A DNA stretch of 64,000 nucleotides from Promethearchaeota archaeon (GCA_030603385.1 JAUVXW010000002.1:131016-195015), one strand, 5' to 3'. Positions 30,154 through 39,872 are shown, numbered from the stretch's first letter. Notes: generated by a model not told the origin, from the letters alone. Numbers and translations are program-made.

Positions 30154-30846
30154 ATGTTCTCTGAAAACGAACTTAATAATATTAAAAGAGAAATGAGTAA
30201 ACTAAAAAATACAGTAGTCTTAAAGTTGTTTACTGATTTCAAAACTCAAAAAGATGGAAGTAAATTAAGAAAGTGTATGTCTTGTGAGGGAACATATGAA
30301 TTATTAGAAACATTAGTAGAATTCTCTAATGGGAAATTGAAAGTTGAAGAAATATCAACCGAAGAAAATGAGGAAGAAGCAGAAAAATACAAGGTTTCCA
30401 GGATTCCTGCCATTCTATTTGTTGATGAAAATGACAAGGAAATTATTCGATATCTTGCACATCCAACTGGATCTGAATTTGTACCTTTTCTTAATAGTAT
30501 ACAATATTTTTCAGGAGTAAGGCCCTATTATGCGGATCAAATTATTACTCATCTTAAAAAGATAAAAAAGTCAAATATGAAAATCTTTATTACTCCAACG
30601 TGTCCATATTGTCCTGCAACTGTGCCTGTCCTCACTCTATTTTCTATAGTCTCTAAAGGGAAGATTTCCTCAGAAGTAATTGATGTTAATTTAAATCCAG
30701 ATATGGGTAAGAAATACCAAGTTCAAGGTGTTCCAATGACAGTTATAAATGAGAAAGATGTTATCCATGGAATGTTTACACCTCAAGATTTGCTAGATAA
30801 ACTAGTTGGTTCGAAAGGAAGAGATTTTGGAGGAATGTACGCGTAA
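30154..30846 (+). CDS. Protein disulfide oxidoreductase (PDO/AhpF-N-like)
   Basis: Two thioredoxin folds with CMSC and CPYC. Confidence 0.88.
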   Translation: MFSENELNNIKREMSKLKNTVVLKLFTDFKTQKDGSKLRKCMSCEGTYELLETLVEFSNGKLKVEEISTEENEEEAEKYKVSRIPAILFVDENDKEIIRYLAHPTGSEFVPFLNSIQYFSGVRPYYADQIITHLKKIKKSNMKIFITPTCPYCPATVPVLTLFSIVSKGKISSEVIDVNLNPDMGKKYQVQGVPMTVINEKDVIHGMFTPQDLLDKLVGSKGRDFGGMYA

Positions 30847-30869
30847 TTTACTCGAGGTGAATTGAAAAA

Positions 30870-31553
30870 ATGTCTCAAGATGATAGATATAAAGCAATAA
30901 TTAAAGCAGAAATGGCTAAGTTAAAAAAGCCAGTAAAGTTGAGAGTATTCACATGTAAAGAAAAACTCCCAAATGGGAGTCAAATAAGAGAATGCATGGA
31001 TTGTGGGCAGTTTATGGCATTATTACGAGTCTATGAAGAAAATTCTAATGGGATGTTAACAATTGAGGAATTGTGTATTGATGAAAATCCTGAATTTGCT
31101 AAAAAGTATGATATTACACGAGTTCCTACAATTTTATTTATCGATGATCAAGGAAGAGAAATTATTCGTTACTTAGCGGCTCCACAGGGAGCTGAAATAC
31201 AACCGTTTGTTCAAGCTATATTTGCTTTTGCGGGGGCACCCAATTATTATGGTGCGACGATAAGACAGAATTTAGACCGTATCGAGCCATCCACAATAAA
31301 AGTAATGATAACGGAAACATGCCCATACTGTCCACAAGTTGCACAAATCGTGAACAACTTTGCTATTGCTTCTGGAGGAAAAATTAGATCAATAATTATC
31401 GATATTATGGCAAATCCCGATATTGGTCAGTATTATGATGCTGCAGGTGTTCCGTACACAATAATCAATGATAAAAAAACGCTTGTAGGGATGGTTGGAG
31501 CTCCTGAAATATTAAGAGCCTTGATAGGAGGGAATATTCGTGTTCAATATTGA
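30870..31553 (+). CDS. Protein disulfide oxidoreductase paralog
   Basis: CMDC and CPYC; paralog of the upstream gene. Confidence 0.88.
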   Translation: MSQDDRYKAIIKAEMAKLKKPVKLRVFTCKEKLPNGSQIRECMDCGQFMALLRVYEENSNGMLTIEELCIDENPEFAKKYDITRVPTILFIDDQGREIIRYLAAPQGAEIQPFVQAIFAFAGAPNYYGATIRQNLDRIEPSTIKVMITETCPYCPQVAQIVNNFAIASGGKIRSIIIDIMANPDIGQYYDAAGVPYTIINDKKTLVGMVGAPEILRALIGGNIRVQY

Positions 31554-32484
31554 TATGGAAAACATTGATTTAGAAAAAACCTATGATCTCATCGTTTTAG
31601 GAGGGGGTCCTACGGCAATAGGTTGCGCTATTTATGCCGCGAGATTTGCTATGGATGCACTGGTTATTGGTAAAACTTTCGGAGGTTTAATTGCTACAAC
31701 GCATATTGTTGAAAACTATCCTGCTATTACCTCGATTAGTGGTCAAGGGCTTATGGAGATGTTCAGAGAACATATGAACTCACTTAATATTCCCTACATA
31801 TCAGATGAGATACGGAGTATTAACAAAGTAGATGATCACTTTGAGCTCAACTCTTTCTTTCAAAAATTTAAGGCCTCTTCAATTTGTATTGCGACAGGTT
31901 CAGAAAGGAAAAAGCTTGGAGTCCCTGGAGAGGAAGACTTTGCTGGAAGAGGTGTATCTTATTGTGCTACATGCGATGGACCCTTTTACAAGGATAAAAT
32001 TGTCAGTGTTATTGGTGGAAGTGATTCCGCTGCCAAGGAAGCATTATTTTTAGCTGAAAATGTTAAAAAGGTTTATATTATTTATCGTGGTGAAGAAATA
32101 CGAGCAGAACCCATTAATAAGCAAAGAGTCTATGAGAATGATAAAATTGAAATTATTTATAAAACAAATATCGTCGAAATTAAAGGAGATAATACAGTAA
32201 AATCTGTTGTTTTTGATAATGGAAAAGAGTTTGAGGTTGATGGGGTTTTTATAGAAATAGGTTCTATACCAAAATCAGATCTGGCAAAGAGAATTGGAGT
32301 AAAGACAAATGAGAAGGGTGAAATCATTATTAATCGCAAATCCGAAACAAATATCCCCGGTATTTTTGCTGCTGGAGATGTTGCTGATGCTCCTTTTAAA
32401 CAAGCAATTACAGGAGTGTCTGAAGGAGTAATTGCTGCTTATTCTGCTTTTGATTATGTCAAAGAAGTGAATATTGAATACTAA
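31540..32484 (+). CDS. trxB: Thioredoxin reductase
   Basis: GGGP, VENYP, GVSYCATCDG and FAAGD motifs. Confidence 0.95.
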   Translation: MFNIDMENIDLEKTYDLIVLGGGPTAIGCAIYAARFAMDALVIGKTFGGLIATTHIVENYPAITSISGQGLMEMFREHMNSLNIPYISDEIRSINKVDDHFELNSFFQKFKASSICIATGSERKKLGVPGEEDFAGRGVSYCATCDGPFYKDKIVSVIGGSDSAAKEALFLAENVKKVYIIYRGEEIRAEPINKQRVYENDKIEIIYKTNIVEIKGDNTVKSVVFDNGKEFEVDGVFIEIGSIPKSDLAKRIGVKTNEKGEIIINRKSETNIPGIFAAGDVADAPFKQAITGVSEGVIAAYSAFDYVKEVNIEY

Positions 32485-32556
32485 CTACTAAAAAAAATTC
32501 TTATTTCAAAATCATTTCCATAAACTAAATTAAAAAATAGAAAAAAGAAAAAAGGT

Positions 32557-32880
32557 TTATTCAATTTTTACATCTATACTATGATACTCGGGCTCTTTAA
32601 AAGGTACATCAATCTTTAGAAGACCTTGTTTATAAGTTGCTTTAGCTTCTTCTGGTTTTACAGGGCAACAAATAGAATAGGATCCGATATAAATAGTATC
32701 TTCAGTTTCTCCTTTTATAAAGAAACTATCGTCATGCATTTTAAGTTTAATAGCGTCTTTCTCTACTCCAGGTAGCTGTATTTCGATTTTATAGGTTTCA
32801 TTATCATCATCAGCCCAAGAACATACTTCGGGGGAGGTTAAAAACTTATCTTCTTCTTTAACTTCTTGCATATTTTTCAC
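32557..32880 (-). CDS. Hsp20/alpha-crystallin small heat-shock protein
   Basis: LPGVEK and AKATYKQGLLKI motifs. Confidence 0.85.
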   Translation of the reverse strand: MKNMQEVKEEDKFLTSPEVCSWADDDNETYKIEIQLPGVEKDAIKLKMHDDSFFIKGETEDTIYIGSYSICCPVKPEEAKATYKQGLLKIDVPFKEPEYHSIDVKIE

Positions 32881-33056
32881 TTAAAAATTTTATATTATAT
32901 TTTGATATCTTATTAGTTCCATCCAAAATACTTGATTTAAAGGTTCTCTCTATAAACTATCAAAGAAAAAAACAAATCTCACTTAAAGATTAAAATGAAA
33001 ACTGATTTTGTTTTTAAATTATAAAATGTCTAAAATATTCGAAGAATGAGATATTC

Positions 33057-33983
33057 TTATTGAGGTTTCAGCAAAAGCGAACCTGTTGATAATATTTCTA
33101 AAATTATCTCCCAATAATCTTCTATTTCCCAATCCTGGTTATTTTTTATCTTTTCAGAGATTTCCTTCAATATTTCCCTTATTTTAAGTGAATCGAAATA
33201 AGTTATATTGGGAGCGATTATAGATAGCATATATTGCTTTTCTCCGTATCTTTCATTTTTATCCGGAAACGCATCAAAAAATACATATCCCTTTTTTTTT
33301 ATATTTTCAATGTTTAAAAGGATTCCCTGAGCTTGCGTAATCTTATCCTGTCCATAAATAGACGTTGCGGCATGGAATAGCTGTTTACCTATATTATTAA
33401 TTGAAATATGACATGTCCCCTCAGGGGGATGACTATTCTTTAACATTGGTCCTAAAATATCATCCCAGAATACTACTAATAGACAAAAGGGTAACGTATC
33501 GTCTTCAGAAATAGATGGTTGCATTTCTATTTGAAAGGAGGTTAGTAATTCCTTAACTTTATTATCAAGGAGATTTGATTTTCGATTTCGAGCTATTTTC
33601 CCAGAGATTGACGCAATTAGATCTTCCTCGTTAAATGGTTTAGTAATATAATCGTCAACCCCTAACATTTTACCCAATCGAATATCTTCAGGAGTAGATT
33701 TTGCTGTCAGAAATAAAAAGGGTATATGATTCCATTGAGAATGAGTAGAAACAGCAGCAAAGAACTCATAACCGTTCATATTCGGCATCATTATGTCCGA
33801 GATGATGACAGAAGGAATGGCATCAAGAGTGGAGAGCGTTTTAAGTGCTTTATCTCCATTGATGGAAGTTATGACGTCATAACCCTTTTCTTCGAGTAAG
33901 ATTTTTAGATTAAATAGAATGTCCTTATTATCATCAACAACCATTAATAACGGTTTGGAATCTGGCATCTTAGAATTCCCCAC
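33057..33983 (-). CDS. Response regulator: receiver domain fused to a longin/uDENN-like domain
   Basis: Receiver with D17/D18, D63 (SDIMMP), T93 and K115 (KPF). C-terminal domain has FWDDILGP...DKNERYG..YMLSIIAP and a beta-beta-alpha-beta-beta-beta-alpha-alpha pattern. Confidence 0.8.
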   Translation of the reverse strand: MGNSKMPDSKPLLMVVDDNKDILFNLKILLEEKGYDVITSINGDKALKTLSTLDAIPSVIISDIMMPNMNGYEFFAAVSTHSQWNHIPFLFLTAKSTPEDIRLGKMLGVDDYITKPFNEEDLIASISGKIARNRKSNLLDNKVKELLTSFQIEMQPSISEDDTLPFCLLVVFWDDILGPMLKNSHPPEGTCHISINNIGKQLFHAATSIYGQDKITQAQGILLNIENIKKKGYVFFDAFPDKNERYGEKQYMLSIIAPNITYFDSLKIREILKEISEKIKNNQDWEIEDYWEIILEILSTGSLLLKPQ

Positions 33984-34034
33984 TAGTTTAGCAAGAATAA
34001 TATTAATACTTTTAATATATATAGTTTTTCAATA

Positions 34035-36968
34035 TCAAACAATTTGAGGTAAAAACAAATTAAATGTCGTTCCTTTTCCTAATTCACTTTCCACAAAAAA
34101 ATGCCCTTTATGTGCCTCAATTAAATCTTTCACGATAGCAAGCCCTAATCCTGTTCCCGCAATTTCATTTACATTGCTAGAACGGAAAAATCGTTCAAAA
34201 ATTTTAGGTAAATCCTCCTTTGGAATACCACGACCATAATCCTTAAATTGAAAGAGAATTCCCGGATTTCCATTCAAATTGTATTTACCTTCATAATTAT
34301 TTATTGCTCGAATTTCTACTTTTGAATTTTTACTTGAATATTTTATTGCATTATCGATAATTATTCGAAAGATTTGATCTATTCTCTTTGCATCACCTCG
34401 TAATTGAAGACTTTCATCCACATCGACTTCAAATTCTATATTCTTTTCCTTACCAATAGGTTCCATAAGATATAAGATTTCAGTAAGAATTTCCAAAGGT
34501 TTATATTCTTTCCAGCTCAATTTCAATTTTTTTTCATCTATCCTTGAGATCAATAAAATATCCTCGGCTAATTGATTTAACAATTGGATGTTTCTTGATA
34601 TTCCATCCATCAGTTTTTCTTCCAAATCTTCATTAGGGGTGTCCCTATTCTTAGTAAGATATTCTATAGACATTAATAAAACCGTAATGGGTGTTCTCAA
34701 TTCATGTGATACGGTCGAAATTAATTGTGATAATCTTTCTTCTGCTTGTTTACGTTCTGTTATATCCATTCCATATATATTGACATAATTTTCATGTTCT
34801 ACTGGAGTGATGACCAATGTATAAGTCCGACCATCTAGATTTACTTCAAGTTCCTGAATTTTGTTTTTACTTATGGTATAATTGATTGATTCAGTTAACA
34901 TTTTCGGAACCATACTCCCTTCTAGAACATTAAATAGTTTATTTCCAGCTTTGTTAGTGTAAATTACTTGTTTATAATCTACTCTTAAAACGGGATTTGG
35001 GTTTTCAGATGGAAATTTAGATAAATTATGTATCCTTTCCTCATTTTTTTTACGTTCGATAAAAAGACTCAACATCTCAGATATACCATTAATTAAATCT
35101 CTCTCTTCCTTAAAGAATGGTCCTTCATAATTCTCTGGTTTTTTCTTTAAATATGAGACATCAATAAGCCCTACTGGTTTTCCATATTCTTTAATATCTG
35201 CTTTTAAAACCCATTCTGTTTCTTTAAAATTTGTTGTTTTAAATTCCAACTCCTTGTAAATGATTCTCGCACATGTAATCTCTGGATATTGCCATGCTGG
35301 TCCAATACAAGTTAAGGTTTTTTCAAGAACTTGCTCTATCGATATATCTATCTGTTCTACTAATTTAGATATATTATAGAGGCATGAAAGTTCTTTTACT
35401 CTTTCTCTTAAATCATATTCTCTCCGTTTTAATGCATCATCTGCCCTCTTTTGGACAGTGATATCTCGAAAAATTGATTGAAAATAAGTCTTTCCGGATA
35501 ATTTGATTACTTTTGCAGTTACGTAAACATCTCTAATTTCTTTATTCTTAGTGATAAATTTGGTCTCAAAATCATCTCTGCCTTTTTTTAATACTTTTTC
35601 TACGTGTGCTTTTGTCTCTGAAGGATCTTCTATAAAATCATAATCATTAATCTTCAAATTTTGAAATTCTTTACGCGTGAACCCTAGAATTTTTAATACT
35701 GCATCATTAAATTCAACAGCCTTAAAAGTTTCAGGGTCTAAAATAATAATACCATCAGGAGATTGTTCGAACGTAGTCCGATATCGAAGCTCCGCCTCTT
35801 CTAGTAACTCCTCCGATTTTTTACTCTCTGTAATATCTGTGGCAAGACTAAGAAGAGAGTAATTTTTTTCATCTATATCCTTTAATGGCTGTTCCACTAT
35901 CCAATAAGTCTTCTTTCCGGATGGTAAATCAAAGGTTCGTTGATATTCTCGATTAATTCCTTTCTGTAATAGTTCACGGTTGCTGTTAAAATATTCGTCG
36001 GCTAATTTCTTTGGAAAAACATCATAAAGCGATTTCCCAATGAAATCTTCAGGTTTCCCACCTAATTCAGTTGCAGCCTTTTCATTTACTAATATATACT
36101 TCCCATTCTCATCCAGCATTGTAATACTTGCACCAGAATGCGTAATAATATTTCGTAACTCTAATTCACTCCTCGAGATTTTCCTAAATAAAAGATCAAA
36201 TGGATCTGCAATCCCAATTTGGATTATTGACTTGTAAAGAAGATAAAATGCAATTATCTTAAAGATGTGCCCAACTAAGTTAGAAAGATCGTATACACCA
36301 ACATAAAACGTGAAGGCTAATTCTGCAATCATTGTAGATACAATTGAACTGACAATCAAGGCTCGGACTTTTTTATCAAATTCTGTCCTATTTTTAATAA
36401 TCATTAAGAGAGAAACAAGTAGTATTAGATTAATTAAATACTCACTGATAATTTTAAAAGGGGTTAGACCATAGTTTTCAATATAACAGATTGGGAAAAA
36501 ACCATTAAAGATTAAGACGAATAATAAAACTGTAATAATAAAATAAAAAGAAAGGAGATATCTAGGTTTGATACTCCTTCTAATCAAATGTGATGAAATT
36601 AGGAAAGCACCAGCTTGAAGATACCGAGCAGCAATCCATAATGATGTTGGAAGATTCGAATCAAATTCTATAAAGATTTGCATTCCTGTGTAAGAAAGCG
36701 TATGAACTAAGTCAATGGCAGCAATAAAGAGAGATGACACTCCAAGATTTAAAAAAAAAGAACTTTTCATATATTTATGCGAGTTCCAGCCAACTAAAAA
36801 CACTCCCCCAGCTATTACTATACTAAATAGCTCAGCAATACTGTGGAATAATAAATATCTATAGAAACTTGTTAAATAAACGAAAAATAGCCCTAAAAGA
36901 AAGACTGCTATTTCTAATATTTCATAGTTTACTTTTCGTTTAGATTCAAGATTATCGTTTTCTGGCAT
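34035..36968 (-). CDS. Membrane sensor histidine kinase (MASE3-like TM domain, multiple PAS, HisKA, HATPase)
   Basis: N-terminal multi-TM domain (HSIAELFSIVIA), PAS/PAC repeats (DIT), SHELRTP, NAIKY, DYGRG and GTGLGL. Confidence 0.92.
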   Translation of the reverse strand: MPENDNLESKRKVNYEILEIAVFLLGLFFVYLTSFYRYLLFHSIAELFSIVIAGGVFLVGWNSHKYMKSSFFLNLGVSSLFIAAIDLVHTLSYTGMQIFIEFDSNLPTSLWIAARYLQAGAFLISSHLIRRSIKPRYLLSFYFIITVLLFVLIFNGFFPICYIENYGLTPFKIISEYLINLILLVSLLMIIKNRTEFDKKVRALIVSSIVSTMIAELAFTFYVGVYDLSNLVGHIFKIIAFYLLYKSIIQIGIADPFDLLFRKISRSELELRNIITHSGASITMLDENGKYILVNEKAATELGGKPEDFIGKSLYDVFPKKLADEYFNSNRELLQKGINREYQRTFDLPSGKKTYWIVEQPLKDIDEKNYSLLSLATDITESKKSEELLEEAELRYRTTFEQSPDGIIILDPETFKAVEFNDAVLKILGFTRKEFQNLKINDYDFIEDPSETKAHVEKVLKKGRDDFETKFITKNKEIRDVYVTAKVIKLSGKTYFQSIFRDITVQKRADDALKRREYDLRERVKELSCLYNISKLVEQIDISIEQVLEKTLTCIGPAWQYPEITCARIIYKELEFKTTNFKETEWVLKADIKEYGKPVGLIDVSYLKKKPENYEGPFFKEERDLINGISEMLSLFIERKKNEERIHNLSKFPSENPNPVLRVDYKQVIYTNKAGNKLFNVLEGSMVPKMLTESINYTISKNKIQELEVNLDGRTYTLVITPVEHENYVNIYGMDITERKQAEERLSQLISTVSHELRTPITVLLMSIEYLTKNRDTPNEDLEEKLMDGISRNIQLLNQLAEDILLISRIDEKKLKLSWKEYKPLEILTEILYLMEPIGKEKNIEFEVDVDESLQLRGDAKRIDQIFRIIIDNAIKYSSKNSKVEIRAINNYEGKYNLNGNPGILFQFKDYGRGIPKEDLPKIFERFFRSSNVNEIAGTGLGLAIVKDLIEAHKGHFFVESELGKGTTFNLFLPQIV

Positions 36969-37040
36969 CTACTCTAAGTTTTTTTATTAAAAATATAATA
37001 AACCATTAAGAAATTAAGAGTTTTATCATTCAAAAATCCA

Positions 37041-37577
37041 TCAAGTTATAATAATTTTCTCAAAAGTAGCATATATTGATGTTTTGTGCACTGAATAATT
37101 AAAATTGGGCGGAACTACTCGTTTTATCGTTCTAAATAACTTATCAATATCATTTTCATCGATTTCGAAATCTGAATCAAATTTATGCAGAAAAATTGAA
37201 AAGTCAATAGTATTCGGATTACATAATTGTTTTATCACTCTATCCATATATTCGAGAGCTTCATCATAGCGATTTTTATCTTGGACATCGATAACATATA
37301 TTATCTTATTTGTTCCAGCTAAAAAATTCGTGAAATCATTTAAATATCCATTACGGAATGCCTTTTGACCACCGAGATCCACAACTAAATATGCTTTATT
37401 TAATGCTTCAAAATCTTCCCAACGAGCGCCTCTTGTGGGTCGGAGAGCGCTAAATGCAGATATATTTTTAATTCCTTTTAAGCAAGTTAATATTGATGTT
37501 TTCCCACTATTATCTAACCCTACTAAGAGGATTTTTACTTGATTTTCTCTTGAACCATCACTGTTTGAAGCAGTCAT
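37041..37577 (-). CDS. Arf/Rag-like small GTPase
   Basis: G1 GLDNSGKT, G2 PT, G3 DLGGQ, G4 HKFD and G5 TSI. Confidence 0.92.
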   Translation of the reverse strand: MTASNSDGSRENQVKILLVGLDNSGKTSILTCLKGIKNISAFSALRPTRGARWEDFEALNKAYLVVDLGGQKAFRNGYLNDFTNFLAGTNKIIYVIDVQDKNRYDEALEYMDRVIKQLCNPNTIDFSIFLHKFDSDFEIDENDIDKLFRTIKRVVPPNFNYSVHKTSIYATFEKIIIT

Positions 37578-37610
37578 TTTTTTCTAATCAAAAAGATATT
37601 AGTTTTTCCT

Positions 37611-37949
37611 TTAAGGAGACAAGACATCACGAATATCTGCATCTTGTAGGTCCTTTAATTTTTTTCTATTAATATTCAAAACAATTGTAGTTATGTCGTT
37701 AATTAGATCGATAACTTCATTATTTTTAATTTTATAATAATTAACATTGTCCCTCTTCTCAAAAGCTATAAGGTTATTCTCAGCAAGCATATTCAAGTGT
37801 TTAGAAATGGTTGATTGTGATCGGCCTAATTCTTCCTGAAGTTCTGAAGAACTTAATTTATTCTTTTCCAAAAGATAAAGAATTTCTATTCTAACAGGGT
37901 CTGCCAATACCTTCAAGAACTCAACTGTAAGTTTTCTTAATTCACTCAT
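37611..37949 (-). CDS. ArsR/SmtB-family regulator
   Basis: LKVLADPVRIEIL and SQSTISKHL motifs. Confidence 0.9.
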   Translation of the reverse strand: MSELRKLTVEFLKVLADPVRIEILYLLEKNKLSSSELQEELGRSQSTISKHLNMLAENNLIAFEKRDNVNYYKIKNNEVIDLINDITTIVLNINRKKLKDLQDADIRDVLSP

Positions 37950-38081
37950 GAAACTCCAGAATTGTGTTTTGTAAGAATGTGTTTTTATACCTTTTTAAAG
38001 CTTATTTTAATGGAATATTAATGTTTTCTTAATAATACGAAAATCACAAAGATTTAAATATTATTGTATCGTAATATTATT

Positions 38082-38101
38082 ATATCGCAATACCGCGATA
38101 T
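38082..38101. promoter_or_regulatory. Candidate operator palindrome in the divergent ArsR/Lrp intergenic region
   Basis: ATATCGC-AATACC-GCGATAT, downstream of a TATA-like TTTAAATA at 38053-38060. Confidence 0.4.
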
Positions 38102-38144
38102 GAGAATAATAATCCTACTTAATGCTCAAAAAAGGGTAAAAAAA

Positions 38145-38657
38145 ATGATAAGTGAAAAAATTGGGATTGACCAAATCGATTGTAGAATAATGGATCTGAT
38201 TCAGAAAGCTCCAAACCTCACACATACTGAAATTGCAACCCATGTGAATCGTAGTCAACCTACCGTAGGGATGCGAATTAAAAAACTTGAGAATTTGGGA
38301 GTTTTAAAGTTTCAGGCAGGTATAAATATTAAAGTCGCAGATCTCTGTTTTGCTAGAGTTGAACTTCAAACTAAAAATCCAAAAATGGCTATTGAAATTG
38401 TTAAGGATTGTCCTTTTATGCTTAACGCGTTCCTTTTGAGCGGAAATTCAAATTTGAGTATTTTAATGGTAGGTTTAAGTTTTAAAGATATTGATCATAT
38501 CGTGAACCGTCATTTTCGAAACGACCCTCATGTTATCAGTGTCCATATTGATATAATTGCTGATGTTGTGAATGACTTTGTTTTACCAATAGATCTAAAT
38601 CTCGAATACGGACAACTTAAAATAAAAAGTTGTTGTTGTGGAAAATGTAATTGTTAA
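38145..38657 (+). CDS. Lrp/AsnC-family regulator with Cys-rich tail
   Basis: HTH (SQPTVGMRIKKLE), CPF motif and C-terminal CCCGKCNC. Confidence 0.88.
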   Translation: MISEKIGIDQIDCRIMDLIQKAPNLTHTEIATHVNRSQPTVGMRIKKLENLGVLKFQAGINIKVADLCFARVELQTKNPKMAIEIVKDCPFMLNAFLLSGNSNLSILMVGLSFKDIDHIVNRHFRNDPHVISVHIDIIADVVNDFVLPIDLNLEYGQLKIKSCCCGKCNC

Positions 38658-38704
38658 GTTTCTAATCCATTTATTTAAAATCTAATTTCTTCAATTTCAA
38701 TATT

Positions 38705-38947
38705 TTAATCTATAGTTATAGCCCTTAATTTACAGGCAGTAGTATCGATATGGCATTTTACACAGCGATCTTCATTATCTTCTACTACTATACATTTAGG
38801 TGTAGATTCTTTATTAATAACCTCATAAATACCTCTAAAGCAGGCTTCTTCGCATGAAAATTCTTTACATATGCTACATTTACTTACATCTATGTGATGA
38901 AATTTATAGCTCTCGATGCTACTCTGATTTTTTGCTTCACTCATCAT
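38705..38947 (-). CDS. Ferredoxin-like protein
   Basis: CSICKEFSCEEAC and CVKCHIDTTAC; likely start at MMSEAK. Confidence 0.75.
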   Translation of the reverse strand: MMSEAKNQSSIESYKFHHIDVSKCSICKEFSCEEACFRGIYEVINKESTPKCIVVEDNEDRCVKCHIDTTACKLRAITID

Positions 38948-39061
38948 AATCACCCAAATATAAAATATCAAAAAAATGTTTAGTTTATACTCTATAACAA
39001 AACCTTTTAATTTATACAGATAAATTAACCTACTAAAGAAACTTGAGAAATTAGTTACTTT

Positions 39062-39730
39062 ATGGCTCCTGAAAAACTCCAAATTTTTAAAATACCTGAC
39101 TTGATGAAGGGTATATTTTTATCAAGGCCCAATAGATTTATAGGAGAAATTGAGTATGGAGGGCAACTTGAAACTGCTCATATTCACGATCCCGGTAGAT
39201 TAAAGGAATTACTCGTAAAAGGTGCTGAGGTTTTATTTACATATTCTAGAGGCAAATTAAAGTACTACATTAAAGCCGTTCGTACTGATGATGAGTGGAT
39301 TCTTATAGACACGGCTCTACACTCTAAAATTGCTATGAAAGTTTTTGAGTTTCTGCCAGAATTCTCTGATGTAAAGGAAATTAAAAAGGAGGTAAAAATT
39401 GGAAATAATAGAATTGATTTTGTTCTTGACAATGTTCCGTTAGAAGTAAAAGGCGCGTCATTGGTTAGAGATGGTATTGCACTTTTTCCTGACGCTCCTA
39501 CAGAACGGGGCGCAAGACATGTAAAAGAAATTATTGAGCATAATGGAATTATACTATTTTTAGTTGTTCGCAAGGCTAAAAGTTTTGCTCCAAATTGGGA
39601 GATGGATCCTAAATTTTCTAATAATCTAAGTGAAGCAAGAAAAAAGGGGATTCGAATTATTCCGGTTCAAATTAGTTTTGATGGAAAAACAATCTATTTT
39701 CATGGAATAATTCCACTATCGGATTTTTAA
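39062..39730 (+). CDS. sfsA: SfsA-family nuclease
   Basis: RPNRF, DPGRLKEL, RIDF..EVKG and FPDAPTERGARH motifs. Confidence 0.92.
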   Translation: MAPEKLQIFKIPDLMKGIFLSRPNRFIGEIEYGGQLETAHIHDPGRLKELLVKGAEVLFTYSRGKLKYYIKAVRTDDEWILIDTALHSKIAMKVFEFLPEFSDVKEIKKEVKIGNNRIDFVLDNVPLEVKGASLVRDGIALFPDAPTERGARHVKEIIEHNGIILFLVVRKAKSFAPNWEMDPKFSNNLSEARKKGIRIIPVQISFDGKTIYFHGIIPLSDF

Positions 39731-39872
39731 TTAAGGTACTATAAAAAAAGTTCATTTTTTGATGTTTAAAACTGAAATTAATGAAGACTAATTTTCTATA
39801 AATTCTTTCTAATATTTTATAAATTGTAAAAATTGTTACATAATTAGTAAATTAAATTTTAAGAGAGATATT

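Noticed and set aside
8000-32500. Selenoproteins (UGA readthrough) among the redox genes
   Set aside because: Active sites use Cys codons, and the TGA stops I checked are followed by short non-homologous tails.
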